Origin: an uncultured Pedosphaera sp.
Lineage (GTDB): Bacteria > Verrucomicrobiota > Verrucomicrobiia > Limisphaerales > AAA164-E04
Assembly (NCBI GenBank): GCA_965214825.1
Contig: OZ243981.1
Span: 3,583,910-3,647,909 of the forward strand
Direction of reading: 5' to 3'
Length of the DNA stretch: 64,000 bases
Positions 1 through 10,073 of the stretch are shown here, piece after piece; position 1 is the first letter of the stretch, and every line of letters begins with the position of its first letter. A program made the translations under genes and the position numbers. Below the pieces are notes generated by a model. It did no database searches. It saw only the letters and a list, made by a program, of their open reading frames with translations, and was not told the DNA's origin.

Positions 1-2
1 AG

Positions 3-320
3 CAATCCGCCTCAACGCAATCCGCCTCAGCGAAGAGCAGCGGCGCGGCAACGTCGGCTCTCTATACCCGCAGCAACACTGATTTCAACCGGCACTTCTT
101 TGAAACCACCTTCTCCGAATTCTTCCGCGTCGTTCCCTCCCCGGCGATCAAAGATATGGTGATCGAATTCAAAGGAACCAAAAAAGAACTCATCGCCAAG
201 CGCATTACCCGAATCTCCGCTAATGAAATCCACGTCCAACTGCTGGCAGGAAACAAAGAAGCCGCTCTGCGCTTCGGCGAAATCATTCAAGTCAACCTGC
301 GGCACAAAGGCGAAAAATAA
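3..320 (+). CDS. hypothetical protein, C-terminal fragment (5' end outside window)
   Basis: Frame is open from the window edge to TAA at 318-320, with the same C-ending codon bias as neighbouring genes. Translation ends ...EFKGTKKELIAKRITRISANEIHVQLLAGNKEAALRFGEIIQVNLRHKGEK. No family recognised. Confidence 0.4.
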   Translation, partial: QSASTQSASAKSSGAATSALYTRSNTDFNRHFFETTFSEFFRVVPSPAIKDMVIEFKGTKKELIAKRITRISANEIHVQLLAGNKEAALRFGEIIQVNLRHKGEK

Positions 321-375
321 CTTGCCGCTGCCCCGGCGCTCGCCGGCGAGAAGTCATTGCGGATTCGCTCCCCTC

Positions 376-1338
376 ATGACAGCCATCCGCACAATTTTTT
401 TGGGAACGGCAGAACTCGCCCGCCGCTCGCTCCAGGCCTTAGTTCAATCCTCTGAAGTCAACCTGCTCGGCATCGTCAGCCAGCCCGACAAACCCCAACG
501 CCGGCGGCTGCGACAAACGCCCACCGCCGTCAAAACAGAAGCCCTCCGGCACGCCCTGCCCGTTTGGCAGCCGGTTCTCCTGAAAAAAGATGCGGCGCTG
601 CTCGAACACTTCAAAAGCCTAGTGCCCGACCTCTTCGTTACCGCCGCCTACGGCCAGATGCTCCCCCCCGAAGTGCTCACCATTCCGAAGTTCGGCTGCC
701 TCAACGTGCATCCCTCCCTTCTGCCCAAATACCGCGGCGCCGCGCCCATCCCCTGGACTATTCTCAACGGCGATTCCACCACCGGCGTCACCCTGATGAA
801 AATGGACGAAAACCTCGACACCGGAGACATCGTCGCGCAAGAAACCACGCCCATCTTTCCCGCAGAAACCGGCGGCCAATTACACGACCGCCTCGCCGCC
901 CTCGGCGCCAGCCTCCTTTGCCGCGCCCTACCCCGATACATCAAAGGCCAACTGCCACTCCGCCCGCAAAACCACCAGCAGGCCACCTACGCCCGCAAAC
1001 TCGACAAGCGCGATGCCGAAATCGACTGGCGCCGGCCGGCCGCCGCCCTCGCCAATCAGATCAGAGGACTCGCCCCTCGCCCCGGAACCTTCAGTCGCCT
1101 TCAAACAAACAACCACCTCCAAACTATCAAACTCCACCAAGCCAAACCGCAGCCCGGCCCCAAACTCCAACCCGGAACCGTCGCCGAAGTCTCCCCCAAC
1201 GGCCTCATCATCGCTTGCGGAGAGGGGCATCTGCGCATCACCGCTCTGCAAAGAGAAGGCGGAAAACTGCTGCAAGCCGGACCGTTCCTGGCCGGATTCC
1301 CAATCACGCCGGGCGACCGCTTCGCCAGCCGGCAATAG
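376..1338 (+). CDS. fmt: methionyl-tRNA formyltransferase
   Basis: ATG at 376 inside ORF 223..1338. MTAIRTIFLGTAELA N-terminus, SQPDKP, HPSLLPKYRGAAPI formyltransferase core, C-terminal Fmt domain. Confidence 0.9.
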   Translation: MTAIRTIFLGTAELARRSLQALVQSSEVNLLGIVSQPDKPQRRRLRQTPTAVKTEALRHALPVWQPVLLKKDAALLEHFKSLVPDLFVTAAYGQMLPPEVLTIPKFGCLNVHPSLLPKYRGAAPIPWTILNGDSTTGVTLMKMDENLDTGDIVAQETTPIFPAETGGQLHDRLAALGASLLCRALPRYIKGQLPLRPQNHQQATYARKLDKRDAEIDWRRPAAALANQIRGLAPRPGTFSRLQTNNHLQTIKLHQAKPQPGPKLQPGTVAEVSPNGLIIACGEGHLRITALQREGGKLLQAGPFLAGFPITPGDRFASRQ

Positions 1339-1377
1339 AACCGAATCCCAACCCTCTCCGTTCAACACCAACCCGTC

Positions 1378-1797
1378 ATGGCAACCCGATACTGGCTCGT
1401 GAAACAAGAACCCGAATCCTATTCCTGGCTCGACTTCGTCGAGGAAGGACAAACCGAATGGGACGGCGTCCGCAACTACCAAGCGCGAAACAACCTCCGC
1501 GCCATGGCCAAAGGCGACCTCGTCTTCTTCTACCATTCCGTCGTCGGCAAACAAATCATGGGCGTCGCCGAAGTCATTCGGGAAGCTTACCCGGACCCGA
1601 CCGCCTCACAAGGCAACTGGTCTGCCGTCGATTTGAAACCCGTCAAAGCCCTCAGGCATCCCGTCTCCTTGGAAGCCATCAAAAAAGACGCGCGGCTCGG
1701 TGATATACCCCTGGTCAAGCAATCCCGCCTTTCCGTCATGCCTATCACCGCCCAACACTTCAAACGCATTCTGAAACTCGGCACCACCGCTCTTTAA
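1378..1797 (+). CDS. EVE (PUA-like) domain protein
   Basis: 139 aa. YWLVKQEPESYSW...WDGVRNYQARNNLRAMAKGDLVFFYHS is the typical EVE/DUF55 signature. Confidence 0.8.
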   Translation: MATRYWLVKQEPESYSWLDFVEEGQTEWDGVRNYQARNNLRAMAKGDLVFFYHSVVGKQIMGVAEVIREAYPDPTASQGNWSAVDLKPVKALRHPVSLEAIKKDARLGDIPLVKQSRLSVMPITAQHFKRILKLGTTAL

Positions 1798-1849
1798 TCC
1801 AAAAGCCCACCCTGCCACCCCGTGCGGGCGCGATTGCGGGAACTTTTCT

Positions 1850-2920
1850 TTGAACGAACCCTCCCCGCTCCCTTATTGTCCGCTCATGGCATTTGCGGAT
1901 TTGCCCAGCGAGACGGCAGCCTTCCAAATTTTTCAGAAGAGCCTGCTTCGGGATCGGCTTGCCCATGCCTATTTGGTTTCCGGCGGCGACATCGCCGCGC
2001 TGAACGCTTTCGCCCGCCGCCTGGCCAAAACATTGAACTGCGAGTCTCCCCTTCGGCAAACACCTTCGGGCGCCGCTCTAGACGCCTGCAACCAGTGCCC
2101 AACCTGCAAACAAATCGACGCCTTCCAGCAAGCGGATGTGAGCTGGGTTCGGCCGGAATCCAAATCGAGAATCATCACCATCGCTCAAATCCGGGCGGTA
2201 ATGAACATAGTTCATCTGAAAGCGCACATTTCGCCATTCAAAGTGATCATCGTCTCCGGCGCCGAACGGATGAACGCCCCAGCCGCCAACGCCTTTCTCA
2301 AAACTCTAGAAGAACCTCCCGAACGTTCAATCCTCCTGCTGCTGACCACCGAACCACAACGGCTGCTAGATACCATCGTCTCCCGCTGCCTGCGGATGCG
2401 CCTTAGCGGAGCGGCAGCAGCGGATGCAGATGCCGAAGGTAAAGACTGGCTGACGGGACTGTGCCAAAAAAGCCAAGACGCCAAAGGCGGCATCGGCGCC
2501 CGCTACCAAATCCTCGGCGACTTGCTCGCCTGCCTGAACCACAAAAAATCGGCCATCGAAAAAACACTGGCCGCCGCTTCGCCGCTAGAGACATTCGACG
2601 ATCTCGAACCCCATCTCCGCGAACGCTACAAACAAGAACTAACCGCCGCCGTCGAAGCCGAATACCGCCGACAACGCGCCGATCTCATCTCGCTCCTGCA
2701 ATGGTTCCTCCGCGATATTTGGCTGCACACCCTCCGCACCGGCGAATCGCTCCTGTGCTTTCCCGACCTGGCCGGAGAAAGCCGGCGCATTGCGGACCGA
2801 ATCCCGCCCGAAGCGGCCCTCGAAAACATCGGCATCGCAGACACCCTGCAACAGCAGTTGAACACCAACATCCAGGAAGCGCTGGCACTCGAAGTCGCCC
2901 TCCTGAAAATCTCCCTATGA
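1850..2920 (+). CDS. holB: DNA polymerase III subunit delta-prime
   Basis: AHAYLVSG, zinc module CNQCPTCKQI, AANAFLKTLEEPP, SRC motif (TIVSRCLRMRL). Start could also be the internal Met at 1886. Confidence 0.8.
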   Translation: MNEPSPLPYCPLMAFADLPSETAAFQIFQKSLLRDRLAHAYLVSGGDIAALNAFARRLAKTLNCESPLRQTPSGAALDACNQCPTCKQIDAFQQADVSWVRPESKSRIITIAQIRAVMNIVHLKAHISPFKVIIVSGAERMNAPAANAFLKTLEEPPERSILLLLTTEPQRLLDTIVSRCLRMRLSGAAAADADAEGKDWLTGLCQKSQDAKGGIGARYQILGDLLACLNHKKSAIEKTLAAASPLETFDDLEPHLRERYKQELTAAVEAEYRRQRADLISLLQWFLRDIWLHTLRTGESLLCFPDLAGESRRIADRIPPEAALENIGIADTLQQQLNTNIQEALALEVALLKISL

Positions 2921-4305
2921 GCCGGAAGAAGGCAGACAAGAATCCCCCGCGCCCAAAGGCCGAAGAAAGTTGGTTTCGGCTTTGGTCTCTTCTCGCCGGG
3001 CTGTTTATCGCCGCTGCTATTTTGAAATTCAGCACCCCTCTGGTATTGGCAACTCTTGTCGATTTTCCGAAATCCTGGCTCGAATGGCTTTTTTTCCCGT
3101 GGCCCAATGATATCGGCTACGGCCTGCTTGCGGTTGTGGCGTTGACGGCGGCGACCTTGGCGTTGTCTCCGGCATTCCGGGCAAAACTGCCGCGCCCGTT
3201 CGGTTCGCCGCATCCCCGCGCCTCTTGCTGGCTTTTCTTTTTGCCGGTACTCTGGTGGGGATGGCAATGGCTCAGCGCGGCCAGCACGATTGACAGGGAG
3301 TTGACGCTTGCCACCTTAGAGCATTTCACTGGCGCCATCCTCCTGTTCTATTTGGGATATTTTGTCCTCAGCCGGGAAAGGGAACTTTGTGGATTCCGCA
3401 CGATGGTTTTGCTCGCCTTCCTTCTGGTTCTCCTAATCGGCCTCAACCAGCATTTCGGCGGCCTGCAGGACACGCGAGAGATGATTTACGCGCAGCCCGG
3501 TTGGGAGCAACTCCCGCTCGAATATCGGGAAAAGATCGCCAAAGACCGCATCTTCTCCACGCTATTCTACCCCAACGCCTTCGCGGGCGGCCTCATCCTG
3601 CTGACGCCTCTGTGCGCTGTGGCGCTGTGGCAAGGGACAGCTTTCCTTCAGGCTCCGAGCCGCATTTTGCTCGTTGGCATTCTGCTGCTGGCGGCGGCGG
3701 CTTGCCTTTATTGGACGGAATCCAAATCCGGCTGGTTGGTGAGCCTGGCGCTGGTTCTCGTCTATCTGATGCAGGGACGGCTGTCGAACCGAATCAAAGC
3801 CGCTGGCCTGGCGATTGCGTTGCTTGGCGGCCTAGCTGGGTTTTTCTGGAAGTATTCGAGTTACTTCGAGAAAGGAGCGCCCAGCGTCGCTGCTCGATTT
3901 GATTACTGGACTGCCGCTTGGACCACCGCCAAAAGCCGCCCAGTCCGGGGCGCGGGACCGGGAACCTTTATGAGGAGCTACGCCAAAACCAAACCGCCCC
4001 AAGCGGAAATGGCCCGCCTGGCCCATAACGACTACCTCCAGCAAGCCTCGGATTCTGGCTTTCCAGGAGCCGCGCTTTACGCCGGCATGATTGCGCTCAG
4101 CCTCTTCCAAACACGCCGCACTCTCAAGGCCGCTCCCGTGCCATTGGCCGTTTGGTTCGGGCTGCTTGGCTTCGCCCTTCAGAGCTTTGTGGAATTCGGC
4201 CTTTACATCCCCGCCCTAGCTTGGCCTTTTTTCCTTTTACTCGGCTGGGCAGTCAGTCAAAACTCCCCAACGCCCGCCGAGATGGATGGCGCCCGATCCA
4301 ATTGA
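2917..4305 (+). CDS. O-antigen ligase (Wzy_C) family membrane protein
   Basis: ATG at 2917 overlaps the holB stop (ATGA). Multi-TM protein with a large loop carrying AHNDYLQQASDSGFPG, typical of the O-antigen ligase/WaaL family. The upstream part of ORF 2461..4305 is off-frame holB sequence. Confidence 0.6.
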   Translation: MSRKKADKNPPRPKAEESWFRLWSLLAGLFIAAAILKFSTPLVLATLVDFPKSWLEWLFFPWPNDIGYGLLAVVALTAATLALSPAFRAKLPRPFGSPHPRASCWLFFLPVLWWGWQWLSAASTIDRELTLATLEHFTGAILLFYLGYFVLSRERELCGFRTMVLLAFLLVLLIGLNQHFGGLQDTREMIYAQPGWEQLPLEYREKIAKDRIFSTLFYPNAFAGGLILLTPLCAVALWQGTAFLQAPSRILLVGILLLAAAACLYWTESKSGWLVSLALVLVYLMQGRLSNRIKAAGLAIALLGGLAGFFWKYSSYFEKGAPSVAARFDYWTAAWTTAKSRPVRGAGPGTFMRSYAKTKPPQAEMARLAHNDYLQQASDSGFPGAALYAGMIALSLFQTRRTLKAAPVPLAVWFGLLGFALQSFVEFGLYIPALAWPFFLLLGWAVSQNSPTPAEMDGARSN

Positions 4306-4310
4306 GCATT

Positions 4311-4769
4311 ATGAAAATCTGTTACCTCAACGGCCCCAACCTAAATCTGCTAGGCGCCCGGCAGCCGGAAATCTACGGCAAACTCAACCTCAGCGACATC
4401 GCCGCCCTCCTGCGCCAACACGCCGCAAACCGCAACATCGAAATCGGTTTCCGCCAATCCAACTCCGAAGGGCAGCTCGTCGAATGGATTCACGAAATTG
4501 CAAATGACTACGACTACCTGGCCATCAACGCTGCCGCTTACACACACACCAGCATCGCCTTGCGCGACGCCATCTCAGGCACAGCCATCCCCAGCATCGA
4601 AATCCACCTCTCGAACATCCACGCCCGCGAAGACTTCCGGCGGCAATCCCTAATCGCGCCCGTCTGCCAAGGCCAAATCTCCGGCTTCGGCATCACCTCC
4701 TACCTCCTCGCCCTGGAAGCCTGCGTCCTGCTCGAAGAAAAGAAAAAATCTGTCCCGGATGCCGAATAA
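4311..4769 (+). CDS. aroQ: type II 3-dehydroquinate dehydratase
   Basis: MKICYLNGPNLNLLGARQPEIYG...AAYTHTSIALRDA...EIHLSNIHAREDFR are canonical AroQ motifs. Confidence 0.9.
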   Translation: MKICYLNGPNLNLLGARQPEIYGKLNLSDIAALLRQHAANRNIEIGFRQSNSEGQLVEWIHEIANDYDYLAINAAAYTHTSIALRDAISGTAIPSIEIHLSNIHAREDFRRQSLIAPVCQGQISGFGITSYLLALEACVLLEEKKKSVPDAE

Positions 4770-4830
4770 ACCCGACCCCGCCGCTCGCTCCGTCAATGTG
4801 GGGCAGACACTCGTAAAACAGCCAAGCGGC

Positions 4831-5946
4831 TTATCCCGGGCGCAGGCGGAAGAATCGAGCCGAGATCGCCCGCACTTGCGGCTCCTGTATGCGCAGCGGA
4901 GACGACACCCCTCCCACTTCTTCCCATATCCCATCCACTTCTTCCGTCGATTGCAGAATGCCCCCACTCCACCGTATCGACACGCCACCTTCTGCCAGCC
5001 TCTTTATCGCCACGCGCCCCACTGGAACCACCGGATCGTAAAAAACAACTGCCGCCTTCGAGTAACCGCTCAACCGCAATCCGCCCAAATTGAAATCCAG
5101 CGGAACAGCCACCTGCTTCACCTGGCTGCCCGTGAGATTCAACGCCGCCAAACTCGCCAAGCCCGTCGGCAAAATCAACTCCGTCAAGGCACTGCCGCCG
5201 AGGTTCAGTGTCTCCAGCTTCGTCCACCCAGCCGGCAAGGCCAGTTCCGTCAAGCCGTTGCCCGTAAGATTCAGCTCCCGCAGCCCTGTCCACTCGGACG
5301 GCAAAGTCAATGCCGTCAGGCCATTGGAGCGCAAGTCCAACGTTTCGAGATTCACTGCCCCTTCCAGCCCGGCCAAACTCTGAATCTTCGGGCGGCTCAA
5401 CTCTTCCGTCCAGCGGGCATTCAGTGCGGTCAAGCCCGCTAGCTCCTCCGCAGTGATTGCTTCGCCATTGCCCTTCTCCAATGCCGCCCGCACTGCCGCT
5501 TGCAAGCCGATGTCCGGCAGAAGTGAATCCGGTCGGTAATAGATCACACGCTCTTTGGCAAACCCTCTAAAGGTGCCCAGCCAGTCGAGGTTTAAATCCG
5601 CCTCTGCCGGCGCCGCTAAACTCTGGAGCGGATTATTTCTGACACCCAGCCTTCTTAAACCAGATATCTTGGCCGGCAAAACCAAGTCTGTCCGTTGATT
5701 GTCGCGGAGTTGGAGGCTCCACAAGCCTGGCAATTCATCCGGCAAGTTGAGCGCCGTCAGTTGGTTGTCCCCGAGATAGAGGCTCTGGTTGGCGAAGTTG
5801 AGTTCGGTGACATCGGCGGAGACGGTTGTTTCCCAAGGCTGGCCGCGGGTTTCCCAACTGAGGCGTTCGCCGGTGATCCAGATGGTAACGGTTTGGGCGT
5901 AGAAGTCGGAAGCCATCACAAACGCAAACAAAACAAGCGGCGCCAA
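4831..5946 (-). CDS. secreted leucine-rich repeat protein
   Basis: N-terminal hydrophobic signal-like segment, then tandem ~22-aa LxxLxLxxNxL repeats (LRELNLTGNGLTELALP, LETLNLGGSALTELILP...). Confidence 0.7.
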   Translation of the reverse strand: MAPLVLFAFVMASDFYAQTVTIWITGERLSWETRGQPWETTVSADVTELNFANQSLYLGDNQLTALNLPDELPGLWSLQLRDNQRTDLVLPAKISGLRRLGVRNNPLQSLAAPAEADLNLDWLGTFRGFAKERVIYYRPDSLLPDIGLQAAVRAALEKGNGEAITAEELAGLTALNARWTEELSRPKIQSLAGLEGAVNLETLDLRSNGLTALTLPSEWTGLRELNLTGNGLTELALPAGWTKLETLNLGGSALTELILPTGLASLAALNLTGSQVKQVAVPLDFNLGGLRLSGYSKAAVVFYDPVVPVGRVAIKRLAEGGVSIRWSGGILQSTEEVDGIWEEVGGVSSPLRIQEPQVRAISARFFRLRPG

Positions 5947-6049
5947 GATGGGGCAGACTTCCAGCCTGCGCGAGCAGACAGAAGTCGGTTTTTGGTTCCC
6001 CGCCGCCCCAACCGCTCTTCGAGTGTCTGATCCACACTTTGCTCCACTT

Positions 6050-7108
6050 TTACAACAGGCCGGTGGTTTCAGGGAGGCCGGCCATGATGTTGAAGCTTTG
6101 CAGCGCTTGGCCGCCGGCGCCTTTGAGGAGGTTGTCTTCGGCGCTCATTACGATGAGCCGTCCGGTGCGCGGGTCTAGTCGCCAGGCGATTTCCAACAGG
6201 TTGGTATGGGCGATGTTTTTTGTGTCGGGCAAGGCTGTGTCTTCCAAAATCCGAATGAAGGGTTCGTCCGAATAGGCGGTTTGCAAAGCGTTTCGGATGT
6301 CGGTTTTTAATGCAGCGCAAGCTCTGTCGGAAGTGAAGGTGGCTTTGGGAGCGAGGTAGATTGTGGTGAGAATGCCGCGGTTGACGGGGGCGAGGTGGGG
6401 GGTGAATTGAATGCGCAAGGGTTGGCCGGCGGCTTTGGAGAGTTCTTGTTCGATTTCGGACAAATGCCGGTGTCGGGGCAGGCCGTAGGGGCGGAGGCTT
6501 TCGTGGCATTCGCCGAAGAGGAAGGCCGGTTCGGTTTTGCGTCCTGCGCCGCTGGGGCTGCTCCATGAGTCGGCAATGATGCTGGCGGGCTGGATTAGTC
6601 CTTCGCGCAGCAAAGGCAGGCAAGGCAAGATGATGCTCGTGGGATAACATCCCGGACTGGCCACCAGTTTTGCCTTTCGGATGCGGATGCGGTAAAGCTC
6701 CGGCAAGCCATAGACGGCTTGCGGCAAAAGCGCCGGCGCCGGATGCGGTTGGCCGTAAAACTCTTCGTAAACGCTCGGTTCGTCCAAGCGAAAATCGGCG
6801 CTCAGATCAATCACCCGCACGTTTCGCTCCAAAAGCGGCGCCGCATATTCGGCAGCCACGCCATGCGGCAAGGCCAAAAAAACAATCTCCGCCGCGCCGG
6901 CCATGAAGTCAACATCCGGTTGGCTGAACACTGCCTGCGCCGCGCCGGGCAAAGCAGCAAACCGGGGAAAAACCGATGCCAGCGATCGCCCCGCATATTG
7001 CCGGGAAGTGGCAAACCTCAGCTCTGCCTCGGGATGTCGCAACAACAACCCCGCCAGCTCTTCGCCGGAGTACCCGGAAGCACCTACAATGCCCGCCTTT
7101 ATTTTCAA
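6050..7108 (-). CDS. argC: N-acetyl-gamma-glutamyl-phosphate reductase
   Basis: KAGIVGASGYSGEEL Rossmann N-terminus and catalytic SPGCYPTS. The ORF is open up to 7192, but TTG at 7108 (LKIKAGIVG) with AGAAGG upstream gives the usual length. Confidence 0.85.
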   Translation of the reverse strand: MKIKAGIVGASGYSGEELAGLLLRHPEAELRFATSRQYAGRSLASVFPRFAALPGAAQAVFSQPDVDFMAGAAEIVFLALPHGVAAEYAAPLLERNVRVIDLSADFRLDEPSVYEEFYGQPHPAPALLPQAVYGLPELYRIRIRKAKLVASPGCYPTSIILPCLPLLREGLIQPASIIADSWSSPSGAGRKTEPAFLFGECHESLRPYGLPRHRHLSEIEQELSKAAGQPLRIQFTPHLAPVNRGILTTIYLAPKATFTSDRACAALKTDIRNALQTAYSDEPFIRILEDTALPDTKNIAHTNLLEIAWRLDPRTGRLIVMSAEDNLLKGAGGQALQSFNIMAGLPETTGLL

Positions 7109-7306
7109 CTTGTCGGCCTTCTGTCGGTGACGCAGGCTGGGAGCTTGCGCCACCAACAGGATGTCTGCTCCACCTTTGTCGCTTACAGTCAATGGCTATC
7201 GAACAAACTCCGCGAGAATGGCAAAGGATTTCGGCACTGTCGATAACAGTCTGCTTGATTTCTTTGGCTGACGCATTAGCCTCAGGCGTTTGATTGACTT
7301 TGCGTT

Positions 7307-8455
7307 ATGGAACTGACGAACGACGAGATAAGGCGGTATTCAAGGCATCTCATCCTGCCGGAAGTCGGCATGGAGGGGCAAAAGAAGATTCGCGCTGCCG
7401 CAGTGCTTTGCATCGGAGCAGGCGGGCTGGGCTCTCCGATTGCCTTGTATTTGGCCGCCGCCGGCATTGGCAAGCTCGGCTTGGTGGATTTCGACACGGT
7501 GGACTTTTCAAACCTGCAACGGCAAATTCTTCACGGCACGGAAGATGTCGGCCGGTCAAAAGGCGAATCGGCCCGCGACACGCTCCAAAGCATCAATCCG
7601 AATGTTGAGGTAGAGCTTTACAACACTGCGCTGACCAGCGGCAATGCGATGGACATTATCGCAGAATACGACATTGTGGTGGACGGCACTGACAACTTCC
7701 CCACCCGTTACCTGACCAACGATGCCTGCGTCTTGCTTCAGAAACCCAATGTTTACGGTTCCATTTTTCGGTTCGAGGGGCAGGCCAGCATTTTCGCGCC
7801 GGCGCGTGGCGGCCCCTGCTATCGCTGCCTCTACCCGGAACCGCCGCCGCCGGGGATGGTACCCAGTTGCGCAGAAGGCGGCGTGCTCGGCATTCTGCCC
7901 GGCATCATCGGCTGCATCCAAGCCACTGAGATACTCAAACTGGCGATCGGACAAGGCAACCTGTTAATCGGTCGCCTGCTGCTCTACAACGCCCTGGACA
8001 TGAAGTTCCGTGAATTGAAAACCCGCCGCGACCCGCAATGCCCGATTTGCGGCGAGAACCCCGTCATCACCGAGTTGATCGATTACCAACAGTTCTGCGG
8101 CCTCCCGCAAGAGACCGAAACCGCAGAGGCCCATCCCGACGAAATTACCGTCCAGGACATGCAAAAGGCTTTGGAAAACGCCTCGCTCGGCATCCGGGTG
8201 ATCGATGTCCGCGAGCCGGATGAACGGAAAATCGCCCGCATCGACGGCGTGCCGCAGTTTCCGCTGAGCCGTCTAGCGCAGCAATTCACCGAGTTGAACC
8301 CGAACCAGGCCTACTACCTTCACTGCAAGAGTGGCGGCCGCTCGATGAAGGCCTTGCGCTTCCTTCGCGAACAAGGGTTCAAACATCTCAAAAGCGTCCG
8401 AGGCGGCATTACAGCTTGGTCAGAAGAAATCGACCCTGACGTGCCGCAATACTGA
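7307..8455 (+). CDS. moeB: MoeB/ThiF-type adenylyltransferase with C-terminal rhodanese domain (MoeZ-like)
   Basis: RYSRHLILPEVGMEGQ, GAGGLGSP, CxxC pairs, C-terminal YYLHCKSGGRS rhodanese active-site loop. Confidence 0.8.
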   Translation: MELTNDEIRRYSRHLILPEVGMEGQKKIRAAAVLCIGAGGLGSPIALYLAAAGIGKLGLVDFDTVDFSNLQRQILHGTEDVGRSKGESARDTLQSINPNVEVELYNTALTSGNAMDIIAEYDIVVDGTDNFPTRYLTNDACVLLQKPNVYGSIFRFEGQASIFAPARGGPCYRCLYPEPPPPGMVPSCAEGGVLGILPGIIGCIQATEILKLAIGQGNLLIGRLLLYNALDMKFRELKTRRDPQCPICGENPVITELIDYQQFCGLPQETETAEAHPDEITVQDMQKALENASLGIRVIDVREPDERKIARIDGVPQFPLSRLAQQFTELNPNQAYYLHCKSGGRSMKALRFLREQGFKHLKSVRGGITAWSEEIDPDVPQY

Positions 8456-8547
8456 AACTTCACCCGCCGCCCGCCGCTCAACCCGAAGAAGCGATTGGAA
8501 GTGGGCGGCTCGTCTGCCGCGCCTGAAATCATTCACCAAACAACCTG

Positions 8548-9045
8548 ATGCGCTCGCGCCGAGAAGCCAGAGAAAAAGCGGTTCAATTCCTGTTCCAGCA
8601 CGACCTCAACCCCTTGCCGAACTTGGAAGAAGCGCTGAACCGCTTTTGGATTTCCCAAAGCAGCGCCCCAGCTGCGGCTAACGAAGCCCCCTCTGCCGAA
8701 ACCGCCGCCGTCCGCCTTTTCAGCGACCCGCTCATCAAAGGTGTCCTCCAGCACCGCGAATCCATCGACCACACCATCCAGCAACACGCGAAAAACTGGG
8801 ACATCAACCGCATGGCCGTCGTGGACCGAAACGTCCTGCGCCTCGCCATTTACGAAATGCGTTACCGAGAAGACATCCCCCCCGTCGTCAGCATCAACGA
8901 AGCCATCGACATCTCGAAACGCTTTTCCACCGAAGACAGCGGTCGCTTCGTCAACGGCATCCTCGACCGCGTCAAACAAGACCTGATGCGCCCCGCCCGA
9001 ACCCCAATCCCAAAACCCGAACCGCTTCCCCCCACCTCAAACTAA
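8548..9045 (+). CDS. nusB: transcription antitermination factor NusB
   Basis: [16 protein letters not shown]...[17 protein letters not shown]...[20 protein letters not shown]. Confidence 0.85.
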   Translation: MRSRREAREKAVQFLFQHDLNPLPNLEEALNRFWISQSSAPAAANEAPSAETAAVRLFSDPLIKGVLQHRESIDHTIQQHAKNWDINRMAVVDRNVLRLAIYEMRYREDIPPVVSINEAIDISKRFSTEDSGRFVNGILDRVKQDLMRPARTPIPKPEPLPPTSN

Positions 9046-9086
9046 CCGGCAGGAAACTGCTGCCCCAACCAACACAAACAGATTTT

Positions 9087-10040
9087 ATGGGACTCTTCCA
9101 CAAACTCAAAACCGGCCTCCAAAAAACCCAAGCCGCCCTCTCGCAAGAAATCAAGCGCATCGCCACCCTCTCGCCCAAGCTGACCCAAGAAGGCGCCGAA
9201 GACCTCGAAGCGGCACTGCTGGCGGCGGACTTGGGACTCCCAATGACCCAGCGCATCCTTGCCTCCGCCAAAAACGCCTACGAAACCCAGGGACGCAACG
9301 GCGCCGACCTCTTCGCCATCGCCACCCGGGAAGTCGAAAACGCGCTCAGCCAAAAAGACACCGCCCTCTCGCCGCCAACCGAAGGGCTCACCGTCATCTC
9401 CCTCATCGGCGTCAACGGAACCGGCAAAACCACCACCTGCGCCAAGCTGTCCCTCCGCCTCAAAGAGAACGGCGCCAAACCCTGGATGGCCGCCTGCGAC
9501 ACCTTCCGCGCCGCCGCCATCGATCAACTCAAACTCTGGAGCCAACGCCTCCAAATCCCAATCACTGCCGGCAGTTACGGTGCCGACCCAGCTGCCGTCG
9601 CTCACGATGCCATCGCCGCCGCAACCGCCAAAAACTGCGACTACCTCCTGCTCGACACCGCCGGACGCCTCCACACCAAACACAACTTGATGAAAGAACT
9701 AGAAAAACTCCACCGCGTCGCCGCCAAAAAACTCCCCGGAGCGCCCCACGAAACCCTGCTGATCCTCGACGCCGCCACCGGAAGAAACGCCCTCAACCAA
9801 GCACGGGAATTCAACAAAACCGCCCCCTTGACCGGCCTCGTCATCACTAAACTCGACGGTACCAGCCGAGGCGGCATGGTCGTCTCCATCCAACAAGAAC
9901 TCGGCATCCCCGTCAAATTCATCGGCGTCGGCGAACAAGCAGACGACCTGCAACCCTTCCAAGCCAAAGAATTCGCCGCCGCCCTCTTCACAAAATACCC
10001 CCCCCCGCCGGCAAACATCGCCACTAAAAATTCGCTCTAA
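9087..10040 (+). CDS. ftsY: signal recognition particle receptor FtsY
   Basis: SRP GTPase motifs GVNGTGKTTT, DTAGR, TKLDG. Confidence 0.9.
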   Translation: MGLFHKLKTGLQKTQAALSQEIKRIATLSPKLTQEGAEDLEAALLAADLGLPMTQRILASAKNAYETQGRNGADLFAIATREVENALSQKDTALSPPTEGLTVISLIGVNGTGKTTTCAKLSLRLKENGAKPWMAACDTFRAAAIDQLKLWSQRLQIPITAGSYGADPAAVAHDAIAAATAKNCDYLLLDTAGRLHTKHNLMKELEKLHRVAAKKLPGAPHETLLILDAATGRNALNQAREFNKTAPLTGLVITKLDGTSRGGMVVSIQQELGIPVKFIGVGEQADDLQPFQAKEFAAALFTKYPPPPANIATKNSL

Positions 10041-10073
10041 TCGGGTCCGCCCCCCCTCATATGCGTTAGCGCG

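Noticed and set aside
1-320. Expected peptide deformylase (def) upstream of fmt.
   Set aside because: The translated fragment has none of the def motifs (GxGxAAxQ, EGCLS, HExDH). It is kept only as a hypothetical C-terminal fragment.
564-1703. 379-aa Arg/Pro-rich ORF overlapping fmt and the EVE gene. Similar cases include 2461..2916, 6069..6650, 9259..9690 and 15803..16420.
   Set aside because: These are off-frame readings of high-GC coding sequence. They have low-complexity R/P/A composition with no domain signatures, and the alternative frame carries a clearly recognisable protein.
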